This document shows, piece by piece, positions 25,541-37,480 of a stretch of 64,000 nt of DNA. The notes below the pieces were generated by a model, which worked only from the letters and a program-made list of their open reading frames with translations, was not told the DNA's origin and made no database searches. The DNA comes from Octopus vulgaris. Taxonomy: Eukaryota. The position numbers and the translations under genes are program-made. The stretch spans positions 163,556,001 to 163,620,000 of the forward strand of contig OX597814.1 in assembly GCA_951406725.2 (NCBI GenBank). Reading direction: 5' to 3'. Every line of letters starts with the position of its first letter. The first letter of the stretch is position 1.

Positions 25541-28429
25541 TCATGTAAAGAGTTCAGGCCACTTGAGGTCAAGGGAGGCTTTGAACAAAGCGGTCGTCGG
25601 CATCTTCACCATCTCGTCTGGCAGCTTGTTCCACGGAGTCGCAACCCGGACGGAGAAAGCTCCTCTCCTTCGATTGAGATGAAATCGTCGCAGGTAGAGC
25701 TTTTCGGAATGACCCCGCAGCCGACGCTCTGGAGCAGGAGTGAAGAACAGCTCTTTCGAGAGGTTACACTTTCCGCTTATGATGTTGTGGGCGAGAATGA
25801 GATCACCACGGCGGCGGCGTTTTTCAAGAGAATAAAGGTTGAGCGTCCTCAGCCTTTCTTCGTAGGACAAATTTTTGAGACCATGAACCATGCGGGTAGC
25901 CAGCTTCTGGACTCTTTCGAGATGCTGTATGTCTTTGAGGAGATAAGGAGAAGAGGCTTGAATCCCATACTCCAATATGGGTCTCACCAGCGTGACATAG
26001 AGTGGTAGGAATATGGCTGCTGTGAGCATTCCGAATGACCGTCGAATCAAGAACAGAATTCCGCGTGCTTTGTTGGCAGCATGGACGCACTGGGCCGAAG
26101 GCGAAAAGGAGGAATCCACCAAGATACCTAGGTCCTTTACCTGATCGGTCCTCTCCAGCAGCAGACGACCCGGCTCGAAATCAAGTTGAGTTGCAGGAGT
26201 AGAGCCGACAGGCAGATGACAGCACTTTGACACGTTCAGACACAGGTCCCAATTGTTAGACCACTTCCAAATTTGGTGAAGGCATCGACGAAGATCCTCT
26301 ATATTACCGCGAGGAGCGACCAGTTTGATATCGTCGGCAAATAGAAGGGTGTGTTGCGTGAGGTCGTCGGGCAAGTCATTTATGAAGACTAAGAACAACA
26401 AGGGCCCAAGCACTGAACCTTGAGGCACGCCACTGCTCGCACTGGAGACGTCGGACCGCGAACCATTAACTTGGACTTGGAAGGAGCGATCTGAGAGGAA
26501 GGCACCAACCCATCGTACAATATCCGGATGGAAACTATATGCTTGAAGCTTGACAAGCAATAGGCGGTGGTTTACCGAGTCAAAAGCTTTGGCAAAGTCC
26601 AGTAAAACGATGTCAACAGCATCACTATCATCGAGGATGCGCGTCACCAATTCTTCCATTACTAGTAGGTTGGTCAAGCATGATCTCTTCGGCACGAAGC
26701 CGTGTTGGGAATCAGAGATAGAGGCTGTGTTTAGGAGGTGGAGCATCATACTTTTCTTAAGGATGGTTTCGAACATCTTGCTGATAATTGATGTAAGGGA
26801 AACCGGTCGGTAGTTAAGCGGGTCTTCGCGGCTCCCTTTCTTGAAAATTGGGCAGATTATCGCTGTTCTCCAGTCTGCAGGTATAACACCCGTCGCCAAT
26901 GACATATTGAATAGTCGTGTTAAGGGCTCACAGATGACCGGAGCCAACGCTTTGATAACCCGTGGGTGTATGCCGTCAGGGCCGTGACCTTTGTTGACAT
27001 CGAGGCCTTGAATAACACGTTTGACTTCGTCCCGCGTGATGACCAATCGAAGCATTGGAGGTACCGATCTATCAAATGGAGGGGGTTCACGACCATCATC
27101 TTGTTTGAAAATAGTTGAAAAAGCCTCGGCAAATAATTGACTCTGTTGATAAGGGTCCTCAATCGATACGCCTGTTGAGTCTACCAACGTTGCAATCTGG
27201 TTGTTCAAGCGGGAATTCCGCTGGACATGGGCAAAGAAGGTTTTTGGATTGCTACTGGCATTTGCCGCGATTTTGTATTCGTAACTGAAGCGTTCTTTCT
27301 TTTCAATTTTCACGGCTCGGTCTCATTGAGTTTTGTACACCTCAAAAGCTGCAGTCGAATCCAGATTTTTAAATTCAGCCCAAGCAATATCTCTGAGTCG
27401 ACGTTCTCGTTTAACCCTCTTCGTCACCCAGGGCTTGTGTTTCTTCCTCTTGGGAAGCCCAACGGGAACTGCCTGGTCAGTCAAACAGATTACATATGCT
27501 TTGAGGGATGACCATAGTTCGTCAACTGAGGACAACGTCATCAGGGATCGCCAGTCCAGAAGCGCGGAAGCCTCGGTTAGAATTTCAAGATTAATTGCAG
27601 AGAAGACTCTACGTGGCAGCGAAGTAGTCGTGGGCGTAGAAAAAGTTGTGTGCATGACGAACTTCAGGACCGCATGATCACTCTTGGCAAGAGGGGCGCA
27701 CACAGATACGTCTGACACTGATCTTGGATAGCGGGAGAATACCAGATCTAGCATAGATGGCTGCTGCCCAGACCGATGCCTTGTCGGATATTCAACATGT
27801 TGCGATAGAAAACAATCTTCAGCCACGTCAAGAAGGGCCTGGCCGAACCGGGAAGATGCTGTACAAATTGATGCGGGCCAATCGATTGTGGGAGCGTTGA
27901 AGTCTCCTAGTACCAAACAGTCATGCGAAACTGAGACGAATCTTATCGCTTCGAGTAGATGGGCATCGTCCTGGGGGTCGGCAAGAGGCGGCCTGTAGAC
28001 AGCCAGCACGGGCAGGCAAAACTCAGATAGGCTCAGCTTGCAATAGACGGCATCGAATTTTGTTGTAGGCTGAGCATTAGTGGGTAGAATACCGCTGGAC
28101 GGTTTGTGCTCAGACTTAACATACACAGCAACACCTCCACCTCGCCTTTTTCCTCTGTCACATCTGAAAAGGACATAGCCCTGCAGGTGGATTTCTGAGT
28201 CCTTTACTGCTGGAGTCAGCCAAGTCTCGGTGATAGCTATCACATCAGGGGAGTCACGTATGGCCAGTGTAAATAGTTCACTGAACTTTGGGAATAAGGA
28301 GCACGAGTTGGTGTAGACGATGCTGAGCTGTGAAGTCTGAGGGGCGGGAGTTGGGGAGCAAGCAGAATAAGGGGTATCAGAGCTAGCATCGTTGACGGGG
28401 GTATCAACTTCACTTCGATTTGCCCTCAC
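25541..28429 (-). pseudogene. LINE ORF2 (APE endonuclease plus reverse transcriptase), 963 codons with one internal TGA at 27323-27325
   Basis: ITETW, GGGVAVY, VYRPP, GDFN, SDH (APE); NYRPVSLT, QHGF, DFAKAFDSV, GVPQGSVLGP, FADD (RT); the two track ORFs are in the same frame. Confidence 0.93.
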
Positions 28430-28884
28430 ATCACTTTCCCTGTCAGCACTACAGCATGGGACCAGAGGTAGGACTTGATTATCTGTCCATCTTGGATTCG
28501 TAAACCCTTCTCTCCCCTTTGTTTCCTCATCTTTAGTTCGGATATCAGGTTTCTCCGGCGAATTCTCTCTCTTAGTGAGTATTCCTCGCGAAAACCCATA
28601 TTGGGGTCCTCCCAGGCATGCGTCTGAGCTCTGTTCAGAAAGACTGAAGCCTCCCGATCAGAAGAAAAGATTACCCTTATTGGGCGTGGTCTAGTATCTG
28701 CGGTTGGGTTCGCTTGGAATCTTCCTAGCCGAGCGACCTTAAGGACACTGACCTTTTCGTTCACGGAGAACAATTCTCCAACCAAAATGGAAACAAAATT
28801 AATGTCATCTTTTAGGCGGTTTATGCCTGTATCATGGGTGGATTCAGCTTTACCGTAAATTATTGCTGATCTTGAGTGGGCAAA
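28426..28884 (-). CDS. LINE ORF1 C-terminal part, open up to the 5' truncation
   Basis: SRSAIIYGKAES...RLG...RPRPIRVIF...ELKMRKQRGEKGLRIQDGQII, typical of CR1/L2 ORF1 RRM-CTD regions. Confidence 0.75.
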   Translation of the reverse strand, partial: FAHSRSAIIYGKAESTHDTGINRLKDDINFVSILVGELFSVNEKVSVLKVARLGRFQANPTADTRPRPIRVIFSSDREASVFLNRAQTHAWEDPNMGFREEYSLRERIRRRNLISELKMRKQRGEKGLRIQDGQIIKSYLWSHAVVLTGKVM

Positions 28885-30526
28885 ATATAAAATAATGATG
28901 GTGGTGGTGGTGGTGGTGGTGATGAGGAGGAAACAAACTGAATTTTAAATTTACTTCATAATATTTTGAAAAATTTTTTAGTTTAGACATATACAAATAG
29001 TTGAAGCATGAAGCCTTTCATTACATTGCCATTTCAACCAAACATTCCTCATAGCAAAAAAAAGACAGGTCTATTGACTAACTATTCTTATGTATAATCT
29101 ATTGAGGGCCTACCATTTTTTTTTATAATCAACTGAAACTATACATGTAACGAAATTACAAAAACAAAAATTAATGAAAGGACTTGTGAAGAAAGGTCAA
29201 GGGAAATAAATCAAATTACTTAATAGCTGAATGTGGATGTGTAGTGGGACATTAGCCTGATCTGTGATATGCCCAATGAAAATTCCAGGATTGTTAGTTT
29301 TATCAGGCCTCTTCTGCAAAGCTTAGTCTAACACATACTCACCAGATTTTAGAATGAGTGAAACGATAAATATTTTGAGAAACATAAAATGTTATGGGAA
29401 AATTTTCTAGAGATGCCTTTTGCATTGAAAGCAATTAAGCATCACCATTGTTATTGTTGTTTAACGTCTGTTTTCTGCACTGGCATGGGTTGGACCATTT
29501 GACAGGAGTTGACCAGATTCCAGAGGTCTGTTGTAGTATGGTTTCTGTGGCTGGATGCCCTTCCTAATGCCAACCACTTTAAAGAATGTGTTAGGAGCCT
29601 TTTATGTGCCACTGGCACAGGTGCATTTATGCAGCACCTGTATGAGTGCATTTTATGTGGCACCAGCACCTGTAAAGGACAAGCTTGTATTTATGGACGA
29701 CAGTGATTTTACTTGGCTTGATGCATATTTTCAAGTACAACAAATCACCATAACCCCCCAGTCCCTTGCCATTTCCTCAGTGAGGCTCGTTAAGTGGTTT
29801 TTAAGCATTTTCATTAATATTCATAAATTTGAGAGAATTTTGTGATAAGTAGTGTAATATGAATGATATGCATAAATTATTACACTTTACATGTGAGTAT
29901 GGGTTCTGTGATTAAGAAGTTTGCTTCCCAAGCACATTGATTTGGGGTTCAATCTCACTGTATCACATCTTGGGCAAGTGTTTTCCACTATAACCCTAGA
30001 CTAATCAAAACCTTATGAGTAAATTTGGTAGAAACTGAAAGAAGCCTGCCATGCATGTGTGTGTGTGTGTGTGTGTTTGATTACATTTGCACTCTATGAA
30101 AGTCATAAGCTACATGTGATCATGGCCATTTGCCAGCCTCCTCTGGCCTCTGTGCCGGTGGCACATAAAAAAGCACCCACTACACTCACGGAGTGGTTGG
30201 TGTTAGGAAGGGTATCCAGCTGTAGAAACACTGCCAGATCAGACTGGAGCCTGGTGCAGCCTCCTGGCTTCCCAGACCCTGGTCGAACCGTCCAACCCAT
30301 GCTAGCATGGAAAACAGACGTTAAATGATGATGATGATTGTGCCTTCAAAGTTGTGAGAAATAAGGGATGCCTTTCCTTGAAAAACAGGTAAGTGTTAGT
30401 GACAGAAAGAGCATCTGGTAGTAAAACAATACCTTAGTAATATATTCATACTAGCAGAATTGCCCGGCGTTGCTCGGGGCTGAATTGCTTGAAAGTACTG
30501 TTAATGATTGCACTGAATTATGATGA

Positions 30527-31070
30527 TTATTCAGGCAAATATTGATATAAGTTTACGGTGGGAGATAAGGACTTAACGATCAAACGTGTGCCATTGCATT
30601 GTTTTGGGGGAACCAAATATCTGATGAGCATTATAGGGGCACCAACTTTAAGTTTGAGAAAGTGTGGTGGTAGTCCGGGGTGCTCAAAGGAATTGAGTAC
30701 CTCTATTGGATAGTTGATGACGTCCTCTGGGTCAGGAGTTGTATCGATAGACTGATATACATAGACTTCCCCAGGAATGAGTTTTAGCATTTCATCATTA
30801 ATATGGTGAACAGTTTTATTCCTCGGGGTCAGTATAGCCTTTTGGCCAATCCAATCCATATTCTGATAATTAGCTTGTAGATCTGGGAACACTGCATCTC
30901 TGAAATCAGAAGGCGTCTTAACAAAGGTACAAATGGAATCGATGGCAATATTACCAGTTTCATCCCCTGGTATTTTGCCTTCGCCAAGTGCAAGGAGGGT
31001 GTGAGGAAATGCTGCTGATGTGATATTACGTCGCATATGAGCACGCATATTGGTGTGAAGTTTGAGAGTT
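30527..31070 (-). pseudogene. Helitron PIF1-like helicase fragment
   Basis: AILTPRN...IN, YPIEVLNS, GLPPH.LKLKVGAPIMLIR.L, CNGTRL motifs. Confidence 0.9.
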
Positions 31071-31296
31071 ACTTCCCTTTATTTAAAAAATATGCATTAA
31101 AATGGAAAAAAATGATGGTAAATTATTTGTAAAATCGTAGACTCATCGTAGACGCGCACTAATACCCAGAAGGGCTCGATATGAATCACGACTATAAGAT
31201 ACCCGGTTTTGGTTAAACTGCATCGCAAAATGTGGGAGTAGTTAGGAATCTAAATCGGAGTAGACAGACACACAACCTTTCTTTTATATATAAAGA

Positions 31297-31990
31297 TTTT
31301 CGTCCTAAAAAATTTTGTATGGATTGAATGGTTACCTCTATGGAAATATATACACGCACATTATACATACATGTGTGTATAGATGAATATATAAATACAT
31401 TTAAATATCTATATACACTTTTGGGCGATCTTTCTTTTTCTTAGAGATAACTTTAGATCTTATTTTCGTCCTAAAAAACTTTGTATGGAGTGAATGGTTA
31501 TCTCTATGGAAATATATACACACACGTTATACATACATGTGTGCATAGATGAATATATAAATACATTTATATATCTATATACACTTTTGGGCGATCTTTC
31601 TGCTACTTAGAGATAACTTTAGATCTTATTTTCGTCCTAAAAAACTTTGTGCGGAGTGAATGGTTACGTCTATGGAAATATATACACACACATTATACAT
31701 ACATCTGTGTATAGATGAATATATAAATACATTTAAATATCTATATACACTTTTGGGCGATCTTTCTGCCTCTTGGATATACTTTAGATCTTACATTCGT
31801 CCTAAAAAACTTTGTATGGAGTGAATGGTTACGTCTATGGAAATATATACACACACATTATACATACATCTGTGTATAGATGAATATATAAATACATTTA
31901 AATATCTATATACACTTTTGGGCGATCTTTCTGCTACTTGGATATACTTTAGATCTTACATTCGTCCTAAAAAACTTTGTATGAATTGAA
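31297..31990. repeat. 165-166 bp tandem array (about 4.2 units) inside the Helitron
   Basis: Unit starts at 31297, 31463, 31629, 31794, 31959. Confidence 0.93.
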
Positions 31991-32718
31991 AAATAAAATG
32001 AATTGAAATTTTTAAGAAAGGAATTTGTTTACATACATGTGTGAAATGGCAAATGTTTGTGCAGTTGTCCAAAATGGAACCAGGGTAAATGTATGGAACT
32101 GATGTATAATAATGAATAGTCCTTCTTGTTGTGAGTATTAATTTGATGAATATGAACTGAAAACCAGTGGTGTAGCAAAAAGGATGACCAGTCTGACTGG
32201 CTCATCCCTGTCACACACTCACGCACACGCACACACACACACACACACACACACCCTCACACGCACACACACACACACACTCACACACATGCACACACAC
32301 ACACACGTTAGCTTACAATTTTATTACCCTGGTGTGTAAAGAGGAAGTGGGAGTAATATGCAGAGTAAAGGCTTTGAAGTGAAATGGTAGTTTTCTCGAA
32401 TTTTTTCTGAAATGGGGGTGAAATTGAAAGAAATTTTGTATGTCATGACCGAATGGAAGTACTTTGAAAAATCATAGGTAAACTCTAATTGAAGAAATTG
32501 TGTGAGGAGTAAATCGTTATGTATTTATTTGTTTCTGTTTGGTGTGTTTTTTTTTGGGGGGTAGTGGTTTAAGGTACACTTGCAAAGAGAAAGTATGAGA
32601 AATTATGGTGATAGCATGAGTGATCCGTTTTATATAAATACTTTCACTTTAATCATTGCACACTTGCAAAGAGAAAGGAGGAGAAATTAGGGTGATAGGA
32701 TGAGTGAAGCAGATTGCT

Positions 32719-32755
<37 letters not shown>

Positions 32756-33082
32756 AGCCCACACTAAGAAAAGCACTTCACTTACACACCACAATGTGAG
32801 TTTTCTCGAAATTTTGCTTAATTGGGGTTGAAATTTGAAAAACTGTACCTGGCATGACCCGATTTATTCTACTCTTAAAAATGCTAGGTAAATTGTAATT
32901 GAAGAAATCCTATATTGTAGATTTCTATAAGAGACAAAGGGAGGCAGATAAAATCTGCCTTTTATAATAAGAGATAACACTGCTGCATGGTAAAATATGG
33001 ACATCAAATGAATCAATGTATAAAAGAGTTTTAACATCCCTGTAGATTAATACATATTAACTGGAATTTGTTCTTGTTGCAG

Positions 33083-33307
33083 ACAACTTCATAAAGAGCG
33101 ACTAAAACACATGCAGAATGTCTTACTACGTGATGCCCTGCGTGAAGACATAGATAAACATCATCGGAAGGTGATTGACTTGGAAGAACAATGTGAACAA
33201 CAAAAGATAGAGATAAGGAAGTTTAATTACATGATTAACCAAACTGAAGAACATATGATCAAGCTGAGAAAGAGATACGAAAATGCCATTCAAGAACGTA
33301 ACAAAAA
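33083..33307 (+). CDS. CCDC146: CCDC146 exon 11, QLHKERLKH...LRKRYENAIQERNK
   Basis: ttgttgcag acceptor, AA|gtatgt donor; conserved LRKRYE.A.Q.RN. Confidence 0.93.
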
Positions 33308-33438
33308 GTATGTTGTTGTTTTCGTATGATTGTTGTTTTGTGATTGTAAATTTGATTATGCTTTGGCATGTGTGTATCAGTTTTAGGTTATAGCTCCTTA
33401 GCATTCAATGCTTATTTGTGGCAGCGTTGTTGCTGTAG

Positions 33439-33682
<244 letters not shown>

Positions 33683-34881
33683 ATTTTTGTTGTAGTCTTT
33701 GACACTTTTGTTGTTCAGAATTTATTAGTATAAGCAGTGTTTTACAGGTAAGTAATGAAGACTAATAAATATTGCGAACATATTCCCTTTAAAGAGGAAA
33801 CTAAGCAATAGCTCAAAGATGATTGTCTGAAGTTTGTTTTTAACTTTGTAATGCATACATTATCAATATGCAACGAAGAAAAATCTTTATTTATTGATGT
33901 TTCTCACTTTATTTAAGAGTGATAAGTACGTTTGAAGTAAAAGCAATCAATTTTTATCAAATACATATACACATCATCATCACCATCATCATCAACTCTG
34001 TTACAGTATCAAAAACATCCTGCTTATTATTTTTGTTAAATTACTCTTAGAATCATACCATCCTTGAATCTTATGAAAAAAATCAGGTGTCAAGACGATA
34101 TCTATAAGATATAATCCATGTAAAATCTATCAATGTTTTATGAACTTCATGTTATTTCATTGCATGTCATTGAAATGTTTAATAGTATGATATGCTTTTA
34201 TTGGTTCTAATCATTCAACTGCAGCCACGCTGGGACACTGCCTGCAAGCATTTAATCACTCATATCAACTTCAGTACTTATTGATTGATCTATATTTGTT
34301 AAACCACTAAGTTGACTTCACTACACAGCATCTTCGTTGTGAAGTGAATTTCTTAATTACATAGCTGTGTTTCTGAATGAAACATGCCTTTAAGTTCTGC
34401 TTCACTATTTATTGCCTCTGATCCTTTAACTTTAAGCATTCAGATTACTCTGTCAAATGTAATACATACTTATTCACATCGTTTTGAATCAATCATGCAT
34501 TATTTCATAGCTTTAAGGTGATTGTTTATTTTTACAATGACATTGTAGGGTGGGTGCGAGAGGTTGGATCTCTCTGATTTGAACATAAAACAGATAGAAT
34601 ATTTTGGGCCTGATATGGTCACTTTAAATGCTAAAGGGTTTAAACTTGTTTTATTATAAATATGTAGTTCTCTTGTAAAGTTATTTCTCTTCTTGGTCTC
34701 ACAATGAAGAGTTTTGAAGCCCTGTATGTTTTTTACCAGTACAGATCATGTAATATGGGTATTTGTGGGTATTTTAAATATTTTGATGTGATCTTATGTT
34801 ATTTTAAGGACTAACTTCACTTGAAGAAGAGAAGATATCTCATTAAGGCCAGAATATCTATCATATTTTTTTTATTTGTAG

Positions 34882-34946
34882 GGGTGAATGGTTAATCAAA
34901 ATAAACTCAGAAGTATGTTTATTTTATGAAAAATTCAATGTTCAGA
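34882..34946 (+). CDS. CCDC146: CCDC146 exon 12, GEWLIKINSEVCLFYEKFNVQ
   Basis: tttgtag acceptor, A|gtaagt donor, phase 2 to 1; conserved C.FYEK.N.Q. Confidence 0.93.
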
Positions 34947-35469
34947 GTAAGTGAAAATATATTTTTGTAGTTGTTTTGATCAATTGCTTGCTTTCTCTTA
35001 CACTACATATACAGACAAATACACATATACACATACATATATGTATATTATATGTGCATATCTGCATGTGTGTATGGGTGTGTGTGTGTGTGTGTAAATA
35101 CATGAAATCATTAATGTATCAAATACAATACTCTGCAGTATTATCTGTTCTGAGTGTGCCCCTTTGTTCAAATCACACAAAGTTTGACTATACTTTTCAT
35201 CCTTTTGTATTCTTTCACTTACAAAGTATTGTTCAATCCTTGGCTACAGGCAGATGACTATAAAGACATGCATACATTCCTCAACAACTGGTGTGTGTTC
35301 ATTTACAACAAATCAAAATATTTCTTTTAATATATCTGAAATTTTCTGAAAATCAAAGAAAATAAAATTCAACAAACTCAGAACATTTTTTATTATTTTG
35401 ATATTTTAATGTTCACCAATTTCATTTATCTAAATTTTATCTATTTATTTTTTTAAAATTTCAATTTAG

Positions 35470-35633
35470 ATGACATGATTACAAAAGGAAATTCAGAGCT
35501 TGAAAATTTTGAACAAGAATTGAAAATAATGCATCTTGAAAAGAGTTCATTGTTAAGAGAGATCAATGTCTTAGACAGGCAGCTTCCTGAGAGGAAACCT
35601 CTGCTAGAAAAACTCAGAAATGCCAAATTTGAT
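35470..35633 (+). CDS. CCDC146: CCDC146 exon 13, DMITKGNSE...RNAKFD
   Basis: tttag acceptor, GAT|gtaaac donor, phase 1 to 0. Confidence 0.88.
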
Positions 35634-36623
35634 GTAAACAAAATTTCAGATTATTAATGAAAGAATTTTTTTTATATCAATCAAGCAATTAATCTTACTG
35701 ATAAATCATTTAAATAATCATTTAATCAATTCCTTAATCATTAATTTATCTCCTTCAATTGCTTAATTTTTTCCATAATCATCAGAGCTATAGATAAAAT
35801 TGTTCGGCCTCTTCCTACCGAAAAATAAAAAGTGTTTTGTTTTTATATATGTGGCTGGGCCTATACAAGGTAATAAATACAAAGTAACAAAATCATTCTG
35901 CATGCTGGCTTGTGCATTTATGTTAAATAGCTGTTGTCATGATCAGGTTTAATTGAGCTCATCTGAGTCCATTATGAAGATCAACACTAACATTTTTCTT
36001 TGACTGAGAAGAATAGATAATTTTCTTCTGTCTAACGCCTTTAGAAAAAGAGGTAGTATGGTGGACAAGTCTGAAAGGACTAATGACAGACGTTTTCCTC
36101 TAAAGTTCTCATCAACTCAATTAAGAAGTTAATGGTAGAGAGGGAGATGCTTTAGTGAATTTGTTGGAAGTGTGAGTATGACCTAAGTAAAGGGGTCTAT
36201 TCTCAGCACATGCCAAGAGAATAAAAACCTGGGGGAGGATATTTGCATTAAAGATAAAGTAGGATCTCTGTAGTTCCCTGTCCTTCTAATGGGATGTTTC
36301 ATTATTTCTTTTCATAATGTTTTTTGCATGTTAGTTTTCTCATATTTGATTCTGTGTAAACCTGCAGTTCTTTCTGTAGTTTGCAATTGTAAAGTCATCT
36401 CAGCTACTACCTTGTACAAGGAAAGAAACAGCCTCCACTGGGGTTGCCTTTGCCTTTGCTGAGGTCGACTTTGCTCTTCATCCTTTTGGGGTCGATAAAT
36501 CAAGTACCAGTGAAACACTGGAGTCAATATAATCAACTAGTCCCCTTCCTCCAAATTTCAGGCTTTATGCCTTCAGTAGAAAGGATTATTATTATTATTA
36601 TTATCATTATTATTATTATTATT

Positions 36624-36963
36624 CTATGTTTGACTTTTGCTTTATATTTGTACAAGTTGGCTCTAAGTCTCATCCAGAGACCTCAAGAGACAACAGGCTG
36701 GAAGTTCATGTTGTTGTTATGCCTAGTGTGCCATATATTTGGGTTTTTTTTTTGGGTGTTGTACTAGTGAATGTCTAAAAAAAAAAAAAAAACGTAAACT
36801 ATGTTTGTTTTAAACCTTGAGATTACATATTACATAGAAAGTATTTTGCGTAGGATATGAGCAGTTCCCATGAGCACTATCTTTTGAATTTCTGCCATTT
36901 GTGGGTTTCCTGGTATCTGAGTTAGGTAGCAATCAGCCCCTTTTGCTATCATTCCCAGGGCAA
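36624..36963 (-). mobile_element. 3' end of R4/Dong-type (RLE) non-LTR element in (TAA)n
   Basis: IALGMIAKG...EIQKIVLMGTAHILRKILSM* C-terminus; (ATT)n on both sides. Confidence 0.75.
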
Positions 36964-37018
<55 letters not shown>

Positions 37019-37351
37019 GTTATTATTATTATTGAGTGAGAGAGCAGGGCATGCCATCAAAGTGACACTGGGATAAAATATACGAAGCCCAGTATATTCA
37101 TCATGACTACCTGTCTAATAAGGGTACACTAGGCACATGCATCACAACCATATCTGCGCAGCATGGTGATCTCATATCTAGATAAACAGCACATGACCTT
37201 GCAGGTGGGGCCCAGTTAGAATTTTCCCTAAAATTTACCCCAAAATTTCAGGCCTTGTGTCGATAGTAGAAAAGGATAGTTGTTTTGTTGTTGTTGTTGT
37301 TGTTCTTATTATTATCATGATCATTATTGGTATTGCTATTATTACTTTTAG

Positions 37352-37480
37352 CATTGCGAATGGGAAATTAAATGTAAGATAATGGCAAAAAGTGTTGTGG
37401 AGAGAGACAATGAGAAATATCTGCGTTTCCTTCATGGTAATGATCCTTCTCCTCTTGAATTGTCACAGAAAATTGAAAAG
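37352..37480 (+). CDS. CCDC146: CCDC146 exon 14, HCEWEIK...LRFLHGNDPSPLELSQKIEK
   Basis: cttttag acceptor, AAG|gtatgt donor, 129 nt; R.L.G.DP motif. Confidence 0.9.

Larger units (their letters stand above)
25461..28884 (-). mobile_element. young 5'-truncated CR1-type LINE (partial ORF1 plus near-intact ORF2)
   Basis: (TAAC)n 3' tail, short 3' UTR with CCATGT/ACATGG hairpin, possible 4-bp TSD ATAT, inserted into a decayed (GAT)-type tail. Confidence 0.93.
30451..32974 (-). mobile_element. composite Helitron: one 3' end (30451), two 5' ends (31296, 32974)
   Basis: CCCGAGCAACGCCGGG hairpin plus CTAG|T; A|TCTTTATATATAAAAG and A|TCTCTTATTATAAAAG 5' ends; no TSD. Confidence 0.85.

Noticed and set aside
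25517-27677. Plus-strand ORFs opposite the LINE
   Set aside because: Antisense shadows of a GC-rich coding region.
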